From: Tubulanus polymorphus
Lineage: Eukaryota > Animalia > Nemertea
NCBI RefSeq assembly: GCF_964204645.1
Contig: NC_134034.1
Span: 12,288,962-12,352,961 of the forward strand
DNA: 64,000 bases
Direction of reading: 5' to 3'
Shown here one piece after another: positions 1 to 12,738 of this stretch. A program made the position numbers and the translations under genes. The notes below the pieces were generated by a model that saw only the letters and a program-made list of their open reading frames with translations, did not search any database and was not told where the DNA came from. Positions within the stretch are counted from its first letter, which is position 1. Each line of letters opens with the position of its first letter.

Positions 1-380
1 AGCTTTACTAACACGAGAACAATTTCACAATATGTAAGTATGCTTAAGTCTTTTGGAAAGAAATTATCGGCAATAGTTAGCCCCCGGGTTGAAGGTAATA
101 CCAGTCTATAAAACCGGGCCCGTTTTTAAGATCATGACATTATTATTTTGTACGATTTCCTTTTCTCTCCGTCTGCTAGGTCTACCTGTTAACTCATACG
201 GCGCACTGGAGGAAATACCAGGCGTATGTCGTGCTCATCTTCGTTTTATTGTGCAATTTTTATCTGTCGGAGTTGAGGAATTTGCTGCAGTTGACGTTTC
301 ATTGCGCCGTCTGCGGTTTCTCGACCGTGCATATTATCACCAGACAATTACAGGGAAAACTGCCGCAGTACAACGTTTAA
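1..380 (+). CDS. Possible last exons of a gene entering from the left (unidentified)
   Basis: Donor GTAAGT at 34 and acceptor-like sites at 179 and 290. A reading ...SFTNTRTISQY|VYLLTHTAHWRKYQ|LTFHCAVCGF...* is possible but needs a GC donor. No family recognised. Confidence 0.25.
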
Positions 381-489
381 AAAGTCCAATTGTCAACTTG
401 TCATCTTTATCAGTCAACTTATCCGTCAATGTTATAACTAAACATCCGTTCGGACATCGGTCCGAGACCAGGCATTCAAAAGTTGGATG

Positions 490-700
490 AAGTCCTGAAC
501 ACATCAAGAGTAGATGATCAGTTTTTGAGATTGTGCTGATAAAATGTCTAATGTCTGGTGTTTGTAGTTCATTTTCAATTAAAAATGCCTCAGGTGAAGT
601 ACTGAACACATGTGAAGTGTGGACGATCAGTTTTTGAATGTGTGCTGATAAAATGTCTAATTATCTGGTGTTTGTAGTTCATTTTCGATTTAGAATGTCT
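490..700. repeat. Dispersed ~110-bp tandem repeat family; reverse copy array at 32382-32725 (ABCF2 last intron)
   Basis: Shared GTGCTGATAAAATGTCT...GGTGTTTGTAGTTCATTTTCAATT. Confidence 0.85.
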
Positions 701-1254
701 GTGTGCTGAATTCTGAGCACTATTTTCTTGATTAGAAACTTAAATCAAAGCCAAGCGCATAATGGAGGATCTCGTACCCTGAGGAGATTCACTACTATAA
801 TGTATAAATTTGGGCCTTGCAAGCAGCCCAGCTGCCTTGACGACAAGTGTGATTGTGACATAGCTTAAAACAATGAATATATGAATTTGAAATAGAGCAT
901 TAAAACTGTCAAACATTGATTTATATACATGTACCATTGAGTATCGATAATATATTACCAGTTATATTTTTAAAAATATAGAAATACATTATGTTTACAA
1001 GATTAGAATGAAAGTTCATATTCATCTTTGATGTTTTCGAGGTCTGGGGAACCGACCACTGAGGAAATAATCGACACAAAATTTCAGTAGACTTGGCTTG
1101 CCTCAGATCTGACCGCACCTATGAATTTCTATCTGAGGTATCCAAGTTCTGGGTTGCAGTCAGAGTATGATGATTCATAGTTAGAAAATTTGTGAAGTTT
1201 GGTGTGCGCTTATCCGAGGCAATTGACTCCAGGGCATGCAGTTATCCACTCCAG

Positions 1255-1362
1255 GGTCCAGTTCCACAGTTCCGAGTTAAAATTTGACCCCGAGTTAACT
1301 CACTGAAAATGAACTAATTTTAACTCAGAGTTAACTCTAACTCACAACTGTGGAACTGGGTG
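1255..1362. mobile_element. Abundant short MITE family with TIR CCAGTTCCACAGTT (also ~18480-18580, 27315-27425, 34035-34125)
   Basis: Terminal CCAGTTCCACAGTT...AACTGTGGAACTGG with shared internal GAGTTAACTC. Confidence 0.8.
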
Positions 1363-1797
1363 CAGGGCGTGTGGTATTCCAAGGCAATCCACTCCAGGGC
1401 ATGCCGTAATCCGAGGAAATCCACTGCAGGGCATGCGGTAATCCCCTAAATTCTCTGAGGTACGCCAGTTCTTAGAGCAAGCAGGGAAGGGATGTTTTCA
1501 CAAATTGTAGTGAAAATTTGTAAATGTATTTTCACAGAGTCAGGCCCCATACGGTACCAGTAATTCAAGTTAAAATCAGTCCTAGAGATGAAATAAAGAA
1601 AATACATGAATTTATTTTAAAAATGTTCTCTTGATCGATTGCACTTTATTGAAATGTAACAAATATCATCGATATATTTGATACAGACTTCATAAACGTG
1701 TGGGTAAAATTCAACAATTTGAAAGTTTTTCACAGTTGAGAGTATTAATACAGTCTGATCTAAACCCGGGGACCACGTAGCAAATCTAACAACTTGA

Positions 1798-2296
1798 AGC
1801 CTAACTCAGGTCGCACAAGATCGGATCGGAGTGCACTTAAGACCGATCGTACGGTCGTAGCCAATGAACAGCGATGTATACGTCACATGATGACTTACCG
1901 TAAGTAGCTTCGGTGGTTTAACCCTTTCAGTGCTGACTGATTAATACCCTATAGTGCTGGAGATAATTTGAAAATTTTGAAAAATTCCACCCTAGTGCGT
2001 TGAAAAACGGGATTACCACTATAGTGCGTCTACACTGCGGGGCGGTGTATGACTAGTTACTAATATTTCACTATGTTTGACAGGTACTGCCATCTTTCAA
2101 GAGAGATAATTACTAATTACATCAAGACACCGCAGTGCGGTGTACTAGCAAAATCCATCATCGATTCATACACTGCACTGCGGTGTAGACGCACTGAAAG
2201 GGTTAAAATGATCGTAGATTTCAGGTGACCCGCGAGTGCAGCCGAGATCCGACAAACAAGTCTCAGATCAGATCTCAGCGCGACGTGAGTTAGGCA
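1798..2296. mobile_element. MITE (possibly PIF/Harbinger-type) hosting the piggyBac MITE
   Basis: Imperfect ~35-bp TIR GCCTAACTCAGGTCGC...GCGACGTGAGTTAGGC. Confidence 0.65.
1922..2202 (+). mobile_element. piggyBac-type MITE, copy 1
   Basis: TIR CCCTTTCAGTGC...GCACTGAAAGGG flanked by TTAA on both sides; homologous copies at 41347 and 52814. Confidence 0.9.
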
Positions 2297-2615
2297 TTAG
2301 ACTAGTCTAAACATGTAAGACCGGTCCGCACTCTGTCACGCTGGACCGGTCCGCACTCTGTCACGCGACCCGAAGGTCCGGCACACAACACCTATAGTAA
2401 ATAATAACGAATAATTTTACCTGATTTCGTTTAAAAAGCAGCAATATTTTTTGTACCGATTTCGGTCAGCGAGTGAAGCACCCACACTCAGCAGAATTCC
2501 GACTGAAATCTAGCAGGTTCTAAACAACGAGATTCATTAATAATAGATTTATAAATAGATTCTATATCACATATCTAAAAAAAACACGGAGACGTAAAAC
2601 TAGGAAAACGCACTA

Positions 2616-2754
2616 CAGTCAAACTTGATCAAGTCATCGTAGTTGGGAAAAGCATTTTACATCTAAATGATGACTTACACTTAGTACATTGATTGAGACA
2701 TCTTCAGTCACGTGACGACTTATCCAAATGATGACTTAAAACCAAGTCTAACTG
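2616..2754. mobile_element. Tc1/mariner(pogo)-type MITE; similar TA-CAGT...CTG-TA elements at 31015-31125, 43379-43500 and ~54425-54605
   Basis: TA|CAGTCAAACTT...AAGTCTAACTG|TA. Confidence 0.6.
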
Positions 2755-3041
2755 TACAAACACACACTGAGTAGTTAACCTTACATGATTCATTCAAAAT
2801 CTGTAACCCGAGTTTTAACTAAACATAAAACTCGGTCCAGTTAAGCAAGGTTTACTTGAAAAACAACCGAGAGTTAAAACAATAATACTGATTGCGAGGA
2901 TTCGATAATATGATGATGTCATAGGGGGAATTCCTGGCTGAAATTGACTCGAATCCCGGAATGGATTCGGAAACGATACGAAGCATGAATTTCGATGAGG
3001 TCAGCTCAATGACCTTCGTAACGAGGTCACCGCAATCGAGG

Positions 3042-5641
3042 TCAAGGTTGTTGTTGTTGTTGTTGGAAAACTTTGCGCGCGAGTTGTTCCTGCGAGGCGT
3101 ATGACCGCAATGCCGTCAGGTTACACATCAGCTGCTGGTCGACCGACATTTCGGCAATGTCGCAATGTTTTTCGTTGTAGAAATGAATCAGACCGGGATC
3201 CAAGGCGCGAATCACCTAGAAACAGACAGACGGAGAGAAAGAAAGAAAGAGAGTTTGAAATATTTTAAAATTGTTAAGAAAATCGAAAAATATCAGATCA
3301 CTTGATATAGGCCTGTAGCTCTTTCATGGCTTAGTTTCACAGAGGTAGGCAATTTTTTACAGACATGATCAGTGTTAATTTGCAGCAGGATTTCACAATC
3401 TCCATCTTGACATACGCGGGGTAACCGGCCCAATGGATAAACAGGGGTTGTCCCCCTATACCATCCTTGCTTGCCAGGGTTTGATTGCCACCCGCCGAAG
3501 GTGACAGAGGGCACGTTTCCAAATTTTGCCTGCCTGTCCCTGCTACATGCGGTCCCGTCAGCTGTGCCTGTACCAGCGCACCCGGGCTAGTCGCACAGAG
3601 TTTCGTGTTGTGGTGCAGTCTCGTGATGCGATCAGGTTGGAATCACTACCCACTCCCCTTATCCTTGGCAGGTGAGAATGCCCTATACTAGATCAACGCC
3701 TTATATACGCAGGAATAGAGATAGTATAACGAATATTACCTTCAGATTATGATTGAGCACATGTTTTTTGTATAAACTACGATCCTCTCCGCCCCACGCG
3801 GTTTGTTTAGTATCAAACCCGGCCTGATCGTAATCCTTCCTGTATAAACACACCATACTGTAACTGTCAGTCGCCCAACGACCTGCAATTCAATAACATG
3901 GAGTTTGAATTTAACTTACAACTGCCGAACTAATTCCAGGGCCTGATTCACAAAATCAAATACATCAGACTCAAATGCTTGGTTTATTTGCTGTTGGTTA
4001 CTTCATGCTCTCAATGAGGATAACAATTCAGATTTGTGGAAGTCAATCCAGTGGTATTTTGAGTTCAAGATTATGGAGTAGGCCTACACGCATGAAGCAG
4101 AGCTCTAGCAGATCAGGGAATCCAAAAATCCCTGATATTTCCCCGACACTTGACCAAGTTCCTTAATCAAATTATGAGATATCCTCAGTGAAGGCTGTGT
4201 CTTATCAAGGTTCCTTGTGTCACTAGTCACCAGCAAGAACAAGACACCAAAAATTCAAATTCCCTGATTAAATTATAAGATATCCTCAGTGAGGGCTGTT
4301 TCTTATCAAGAGGTTCCTTGTGTCACTCATCACCAGCAAAAGTAACAAGACACCAAAAATTCAAATTCCCTGATTAAATTATGAGGTATCCTCAGTGAGG
4401 GCTGTTTCTTATCAAGAGGTTCCTTGTGTCACTCATCACCAGCAAGAACAACAAGACACCAATATTAAAATATCCTGATTGAATTCCTGATTTTCCAATA
4501 AATCCAGAATTCATTGAATCATAAGAATCGTTTAAAAGACCCGCCCCTCACGAGTGTTCTTACCTGTATATTGGTTGATATCAGTGAGGTGAGAGTCGTG
4601 CTGCACGAGGAATCCACGAGGCGTAAAACGTTCGACCATCGTCGAGTTGTAAAGCGAGAACGGTACCGGGTAGTAAACAGCGACGCCGAGCTCGGCGTTC
4701 AGACGACATCGCGTCAGAAACTCGCGCGTCATCCTGACGTGCAGATCGGCGAAAAACATCAACGAATTCCACGCGACCTGCTTCGACGCGAGGTCCAAAC
4801 CGAGGGTGCGCGAGAACGGCCGCCGAGTCTCGATCACGCGCAGTTTCACGTTCGCGCGACGCGTCATTCTCAGACGCTCGAACGCCGCGCGCACCACCGC
4901 GGCTCGAGTCCGCGTCGCGCGGTCCTCACCCGATACGAACAACACGACTAATAGCGTTACCCGCGAGTCACGCGACCGGTCGTAACGGTCGACGAACCGA
5001 CGCGACAGGTCGACGATCGCGTCCGAATCCAGTCCGCGTCCGACGAATACCGGTAACATGACCGTCACCATCGGAATCTCGGTCAGTCGATAACGACGAG
5101 TTAACTGAATTGAGTCGACCGGTTTGACCAGTTCTAGCCGATGTCGCATAACCTGTCCGGACTCCAGTCCGGCAGACGATCCGGCAAATTCTAAATCCAG
5201 GATATACTCCTCGCCGCGTAGCGGATCGAAACGACGGTATCCGTTGACGACCCGTTTTAATTTATTCTTCGCATTGTTGTCATCGCTAAGCGACAGGAAC
5301 GATGTAGCGCGAGCGACTAGATCGTGAATATCGGCCCGTTCGTGCCCGCTGAACTCATCAGTCGCCCGACCGTCCGGGTTTTTATAAAAATATTTCCCGT
5401 CGAAATATTCGTACGGTATGACGTCATTGATAGACCCCGGGCGGAACGGTTCACGAAGCTGCACCCGCACGCCCGGCTCGTCGACGATATCTTTCACGTC
5501 CAGGGGGCGCTGACAGTGAATCTGTACGCAGCGCGTGCAATCGACCGGGTACGGCCTCCACAGATCAAACAATGCTTTCATCACCATACCCGACACGAAA
5601 AACGTCAAGAATTTAACAATTTCTGTCGTTTTAATCCGCAT
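3042..5641 (-). CDS. Chondroitin sulfate synthase / chondroitin GalNAc-transferase family glycosyltransferase (CHGN/GT7-type), 3 exons, ~464 aa
   Basis: Exons 5641-4564, 3882-3740 and 3215-3042 join in frame via GT-AG. N-terminal TM anchor; VNGYRRFDPLRGEEYILDL (CHSY/CHPF-like); FFADLH (DxD-equivalent); YYPVPFSLYN; GFD...WGGED in exon 2; VIRALDPGLIH and TGA stop in exon 3. Confidence 0.85.
4105..4505. repeat. Dispersed ~105-bp tandem repeat family; also 27775-28170 (reverse) and 35490-35720
   Basis: Units GATATCCTCAGTGAGGGCTGTTTCTTATCAAGAGGTTCCTTGTGTCAC...AACAAGACACCAAAAATTCAAATTCCCTGATT. Confidence 0.85.
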
Positions 5642-6684
5642 TTTGTTCGTTTAATTCGTCAATTTCCGTGATTTACTCGGATTCTTTAGAATTCTCCATC
5701 GGCATCGCTTGAAAATTCTCGTTTCCACTCATTCTAAAGAATTGGAATAGGCCTATCTATTCTTTGCTGCTAAGAATCTGAATAAAACATCGTTCGAGCT
5801 GTAAATCAGTCGAAACCCAAATTACATATTCGTAAACACGTAGAATCTCTTGAAAATTTAATTGAATTGAAAAATTCAAGGGCTCGATATTGTGTGGATA
5901 CCGTAGGTGGCAGCACTATCCAGTAAATAACTTTTCAGACCGACTTGAACTTCGTTGATAGAATTTGTTTTTTTACGACGAGACCCATTTTTACGATGAT
6001 TTTTAGCATGTCACAGCTAACATTCGGGATTTCGGTGCAGTAATGGACAGGCAACCAGTCTAACCGTCCAATCAGACCATAGTTCTATGATCAGACATAC
6101 ACTCTCATTCAATGAACGGGTTCTGGGCCGCAACCCCCACGTGACGATTCGTTCGCCACACGTGTTCGGGAGGATGCGAAAGCGATAAATGACAAAAATG
6201 GTCTACGGCGACGGAATAGTGGTTTGAATGGCGTTTAAAGATAATAACAACAACTGAATTTGTCGCCCAAACCAGTTTTATCATTACGTTAACGTTCCAA
6301 AATCTAGATCCGGGTTTCGGATATGGAAGATTGACAATCGAGGATTTGGACAATTTAGTGAAATGATGATTTAAAAGTTTCAGATTAGCGATTTTAGACT
6401 TAAGTTCATCCAAACATAAACATAAAACTCTGTTCTATGGTCTAAACTACAATGGATAACATCGGATCCAGAATTTTGGAGGGAGTTGACATTTAAAAAA
6501 ACTTGAGCGGATCCCGTGATTGAATCACCACAGATCGCGCTGAATAAACAACACAACACAAAAATAAATACATTTATTCAGGTTTACAAAATAGATTCTG
6601 CGATTTCAGTTCATGTGAACATCAATGACAACCACGTTTTGATTGATGAGAGTTAAAATAAGAGTAATTATTATAGAGATGAGA

Positions 6685-6797
6685 TAGAAGTGATTGTGTA
6701 AGAGGTTTAGAGGTGATTGTGTAAGAGGTTTAGAGGTGATTGTGTAAGAGGTTTAGAGGTGATTGTGTAAGAGGTTTAGAGGTGATTGTGTAAGAGA
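6685..6797. repeat. 23-bp minisatellite, ~4.5 copies
   Basis: AGAGGTGATTGTGTAAGAGGTTT repeated. Confidence 0.9.
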
Positions 6798-7197
6798 TTT
6801 TATCAAAACATGGCTGTAACTGATAGGATTAAAGAACAGTGACATTCACAAACAGAAAATCAATCGTACAATTATACTGGCAATCTGTAATCGCTGGTCA
6901 TTGCCTGGCCATTGGTCATTTCTGGTCATCTGGCAATTGGTCATCCCTGGCAATTGGTAAATTGGTCATCCCTGGACTTCTGGTAATTGGTCATCTCCTA
7001 ACAGGTTAAAACAAAATGTAGAATCATAAACGATACAAGCTGGTCAGCCAATCTAGTCAGGTAAGATGCAGCTCCAAACAGTTACTGAGAAGCTGAAACC
7101 GAGGTGAACTAAAGACCCAACGTCACCTGACCTCCTTAAGAGCGGGCAATCTGTGATTGCAGGAGGACTGATTGCTTCCTCAGGATGCACACCGCTA

Positions 7198-7455
7198 CTG
7201 AGGAGGAGGCAGAATTAGATGATGATGATGAGGAGGCAGAACTAGATGATGATGATGATGATGATGATGTAATGATGATGATGATGAGGCAGAACTAGAT
7301 GATGATGAGCTAGATGATGATGATGATGATGATGAGGATGAGGAGGCAGAACTTGATGATGATGAGGAGGAGGCAGAGCTATATGATGCTGATGATGAGG
7401 AGGCAGAACTAGATGATGATGATGATGATGATGACGATGATGATGAGGCAGAACA
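7198..7455. repeat. Compound (GAT)n / GAGGCAGAACTA microsatellite
   Basis: Direct inspection. Confidence 0.9.
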
Positions 7456-7659
7456 AGTATGATTTATTTAAATTGTATCCATACACATGTAGTACATACC
7501 GTTAATGTGTGTAGCTGACTGTGAAAATCAGTTCTATATCAGATTCTACAACTCCTCAGCAATGATTGACACTGAAATGAAAATAACAGATTCTTCAATT
7601 TATCAAATTCATGAAATGAACTGTTGAAATTCTGTTGTCATACACATACCAGTTATCGT

Positions 7660-9052
7660 GTGGAGTTGAAAACATGTTCAGGACCAGAATTCAGTTAATC
7701 TTCAAACGGACTAAAACAAAATGTAGAATCATTATAACGGTTATTGAATTTATCTCCAGCAAGTATCTGTATCCATCTTCAGCTCACTTCACACACAGCT
7801 GTAGATCAGAGTTCCTTACAGCGACCACTGAATCAACCTAATCATTACAACTGAAATAATGATAACACATTCTATATGAATACATATGAAGCACATCTGA
7901 AACCAAAGTGATAGAAAAATAGAAAGTTGTAAAATGTTTTCTGACGCAGTTTGATTTGTGTCAGATTGTAACTGTAGAAGTTTCAGTCTAATAGAGATAT
8001 AACTGATGTACATGTAACACTGACTGTGTAAAACTGCAGTCATTTATTCACTTATTCCTCCTCAGTTTGAAGAATTTTTGTTCTCTCATCTTCATTAGCG
8101 ATAAGAATCATTCTCATCCGTGTAACTACAACATCGTAACATTTCTACTTATTCAATCATAGAGGGAATGAGTAGTATGGCGCTTGGGTATGGAATGAAA
8201 CAGGGTATGGGAGTTGACACGTTAGGGGAGGATAGGACATTGTGATAAGGTAAGGTCAGGTTGGATGATGCAGGGTTGTTTGATATGGTTGGATTAGATG
8301 ATCAGTTTAATATAGAACTGTTTGGGGTGGGTGTATGTGGTAGTGTACGATGTATAGTTAGGGAGGTGTATGATGATGGAGAAAGGTTGCCGATAGAGGG
8401 TGGTACAGGTGTGATGCTGGTATGGTATGTGTAAGGTAGGGGGCGCTGTGTGTAGAGTGTTAAGGATATAGTAAGGTACAGTTAGAGTAATATGAAAGTG
8501 TAAGTTTGGGTAATGCAGGGTCAGGATATTTGGTGTTGTTGAGGTGAGGGTGAGGTCGGGGGTGGTGTCTGTGGAAGGTACGTGATGTGATATAAGGGGT
8601 GGAGCTAGGACAGTACAGAGTGTGATGAGTGATTGATGGGGTCGCTCCATCTCTCAGCCTCCTCCAGGCCGCTCCCTTTAGACATCTCAATGCTTCTCCA
8701 ACCCTCCCAATCCCTCAAACTACTCCTCAATTCCATGTGAAATACTAGATGATACCTGCAACATTTTGAATATCAAGACACATCAAAACAATGACAAATC
8801 AGTAACAGTATTTTACATGTGTGTCACATGATTCATTTTAACAAGTGAACGATTCATGAAGCAAATGACGGCAAAATCTTCTGATTCACAAATCTCTGAA
8901 TAGTTTTTACCAGACTACAAGCTTTACAAATAACAAACTGATGAGAAATGGACTCTGAACCCACAACACAATTATTCAAGATTTTCTGTGAATTATTTCT
9001 TATATTTGTCACGTTACGCCCAGTGATACATGAAACTCAGCACCTCCTCTCT

Positions 9053-9083
<31 letters not shown>

Positions 9084-9433
9084 ATACTTTCTTATTTGCC
9101 ATTTTGGTGAACATTTTTAAGCACGTGAGGTAGGTGTAGACCACTGCCCGCTCTCTAAGCCAGTAGTGGACTACCCTTTGGACCCAACTTTTGTGCTTGG
9201 TGGCTTTTAGCTCACCTTTCTTGAGTCGAGGTAGGAATAGACCCCTGCCCGCCATCTAGGCCAACAGAACACTAAACCTTCGAATTGCTCTCGGACCCCA
9301 CTCTTTACATTTTTTTTTTTTTTTTGAGTCGAGGTAGGAATAGACCCCTGGCCGCCATCTCAGTGTGCAGGACTCTAAACCTCCGAATTGCTCTCGGACC
9401 CCACTCTTTTCATGTTCTTTCTTTTTCTTATGG

Positions 9434-9486
<53 letters not shown>

Positions 9487-12320
9487 CTTGCTCTGTATCA
9501 GTACCACCCGGCAGTACGTGAATATATAAGAAATATAGTAATTGAACTGGGTTTAAATCCATCTCAATCAGTGCTTTTACAGAATCCCATATAAGGAATG
9601 AAATCCACTTGCACGGGGGGCAAGCATATCTGTAATCTCGTTGTCCCCTACAAAAATTGCTTGCCCTTCACAGGTAGTCTGATTGGTAGCACTATCATCT
9701 GTTGTATCGAGTGGAAAAAAGCTTTTTGTGACATAAAACTGCACTAGGGCAGTGGTTCACTATAGTCAATCACAATCATATCATTGTTTGATGATATTGT
9801 TTATTTGCAGTGACATTTGGTTCAATGAAACAAGTTTCAATTCCTAAATGAATCAATGAATTCAATCTTCAATAGCATCATACTCGACGTATCTTATATA
9901 GAGATTGTGGAATAGTAAGCGCGGGAAGGAGGAAGGGAAGGAGGTAATGCCAGTCCGGACTGGACCACTTTCTCTGAATCACATTTGCCTACCCCAACAT
10001 CACCCAGGCTGTACTGTCCTATCACCATCCATGTCACCATCACCAGACATATATACACAGACAAATAAGACAAAAACAGAATTCTATCTGGAGATTTCTA
10101 TCTAAAGAAGTTATGGGGGGACTTTCTCCTGGTGAGTGAAACGCCAAGAGCATCACTCACCATTGTTCAAAGCATGAACTGTGGCTCCATCTATTACCCC
10201 CCTACGTAATCAATGAGTCTGACTCTAATCAAATAATCCTAGGTCAACTGGATCACACGAATCAGACCTGAATCCATTTTTTCCAAATTTGCCACATAGT
10301 CTTTTTGATTTTTGGTTCTAAATGATTTTGGTTTAACAATAATCTAACAACTTAAGACCAGTCTACGCTCATCTTGGTTCTACTGCCAATCTAACAACTT
10401 AAGACCAGTCTAAACTCATTTTGGTTCTATAGCCAATCTTACAACTTAAGACCAGGCTAAGACCATTTTAGTTCTTTAGCCAATCTAACAAGACTGGTAA
10501 AATGATTTTAAAAGCCCATTTTCTTAGATTTAACTCAAAAATAATTTTCCAAATTTGCCACTTGGACACTTGACATGGATAAATTCTACTGAATTCACCC
10601 TCACCTCAACAACACCAAACATCCTGACCCCACATTACCCAAACTTACACTTTCGTATTACTCTAACTGTACCTTACTCTATCCTTAACACTCTACACAC
10701 ACCACCCCCTACCTTACACATACCATACCAGCATCACTACTACACATCCTCACTCGCCAGGGTCTGGTTGCCTTCCACTGAAACTCAAAAACACTGATGA
10801 AACTTCCTTCATAGCCAGTTGCTCTCATGCGCCGAAAACTGCCCGGCAACCAGTTGTCTCCAATCGCAGTGTCGATGAAGGCTAGGCTTTAGACCACTGA
10901 CGGGCGAACAGGTCACTGCCAGGGGTCGGGCGGGTGGAGAGTGGGTGGGTTGCCGTGTGGGCAGACAGGTCACTGCCAGGGGTCGGGCGGGTGGAGAGTG
11001 GGTGGGTTGCCGCGTGGGCAGACAGGTTACTGCCAGGGGTCGGGCGGGTGGAGAGTGGGTGGGTTGCCGTGTGGGCAGACAAGTCACTGCCAGGGGTCGG
11101 GCGGGTGGAGAGTGGTTGGGTTGCCGTGTGGGCAGACGAGTCACTGCCAGGTCACATGATTAGACCTTGACCCTTGACCTGACTCAGACAAATACAATGA
11201 TTTCCTGTGATGTTGTTTTCCCGATCCGGAACTCCGTATTCTCCGCTGCTGACATCAACTTATCCTTTATTGGAGTTTATTGAAGGATATTTGCCAACAG
11301 TAAAACATGTACACCTCATTGTGACTGGCATCACTGGTGGTCGATAGAGTTTTTGCTTACCGAGGGTCCAACACAACAATAACGTATATTTCCATAATTT
11401 TCATTGGCTGGATAATTCCTCTGTTTTCATTGGCTGGATAATTCCTTGTATTCCAACAGACCGATGGATAAAGTTGCGGGCAGCATTTGTGTAGACGTGA
11501 GCTTCAGCAGGAAGCAACACGAGCCCTGGTGAGTGAGGATGCTACTGTACCACCCTCTACCAGCAACCTTTCAATCCGTTATCATACACCCTCCGAACAT
11601 ACACACCGTACACTACCACATACATCACTTACCCCCAAACAGATCTATATAAAACTCATCATCGAATCTAAACACATCAAACAACCCTGTATCATCCAAC
11701 CGACCTTACCTTATCACATTACCCTATCCTACCCTAACTGTCAACTACACCATACCCTGTCCCATTCCATACCCAAACCTCATACTACTCATTCCCTCTA
11801 TGATTGAATAAGTAGAAATGTTACGATGTTGTAGTTACACGGATGAGAATGATTCTTATCACGATGAGAAGATGAGAGAACAAACTTCTTCAAACCGAGG
11901 AGGAATAAGTGAATAAATGACTGCAGTGTTACACAGTCAGTGTTACATGTAGGCTACATCAGTTATATCTCTATTAGACTGAAACAATGAGTGAAACTTC
12001 TACAGTTACAATCTGACACAAATCAAACTGCGTCAGAAAACATTTTACAACTTTCTGTTTTTCTATCACTTTGGTTTTAGATGTGCTTCATACGTATTCA
12101 TAAATAGAATCTGTTATCATTATTTCAGTTGTTATGATAAGGTTGATTCAGTGGTCGCTGTAAGGAACTCTGATCTATAGCTGTGTGTGAAGTGAGCTGA
12201 AGATGGATACAGATACTTGCTGGAGATATATTCAATAACCGTTATAATGATTCTACATTTAGTTTTAGTCTGTTAGAAGATAAACTGAACTCTGGTCCTG
12301 AACATCTTCAACTCCTCTAT
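7660..12320. repeat. Long inverted duplication: 7660-8555 vs 10594-10737 + 11545-12320
   Basis: Reverse-complement alignment visible throughout, e.g. GATAAGAATCATTCTCATCCGTGTAACTACAACATCG (8100) vs CGATGTTGTAGTTACACGGATGAGAATGATTCTTATC (11824). Confidence 0.9.
10745..11541. mobile_element. Non-autonomous hAT-like element with internal 57-bp GC-rich tandem array (~4 copies, 10911-11150)
   Basis: TIR CATCCTCACTC(G/A)CCAGGG; 8-bp flanks CTACTACA/CTACTGTA; interrupts a sequence that is contiguous in the inverted paralogue near 8405. Confidence 0.75.
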
Positions 12321-12387
12321 CAATAAGTGGTATGAATGAACACATAATTCTAAAACTACTTATCTTGTCTCTTCTGTGATTCATTCA

Positions 12388-12738
12388 GCTGCTCCTGCAC
12401 TGCTCCTACGATACTCCTGCTACTCTTACGATACTCCTGCTGCTCTTACGATACTCCTGCTGCTCCTACGATACTCCTGCTGCTTCTACAATACTCCTGC
12501 TGTTCTTACGATACTCATGCTGCTCCTACGTTACTCCTGCTGCTCCTACGATACTCCTGCTGCTCCTACGATACTCCTGCTACTCTTACGATACTCCTGC
12601 TGCTCCTACGATACTCCTGCTGCTCTTACGATACTCCTGCTGCTCCTACGAGCTGCTCCTGCTACTCCTACGAGCTGCTCCTGCTGCACCTATGATGCTC
12701 CTGCTGCTCCTACAATACTCCTGCTCTGCTGCTCCTAC
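12388..12738. repeat. 20-bp minisatellite GCTGCTCCTACGATACTCCT, ~17 copies
   Basis: Direct inspection; it explains ORF 12376-12795. Confidence 0.9.

Noticed and set aside
4514-5671. Plus-strand ORFs 4514-4951 and 5324-5671
   Set aside because: Antisense shadows of the GC-rich glycosyltransferase exon.
7186-7455. Acidic Asp/Glu (or poly-Ser) coding tract
   Set aside because: Frame is broken near 7270 and there are no flanking exon signals; treated as a microsatellite.
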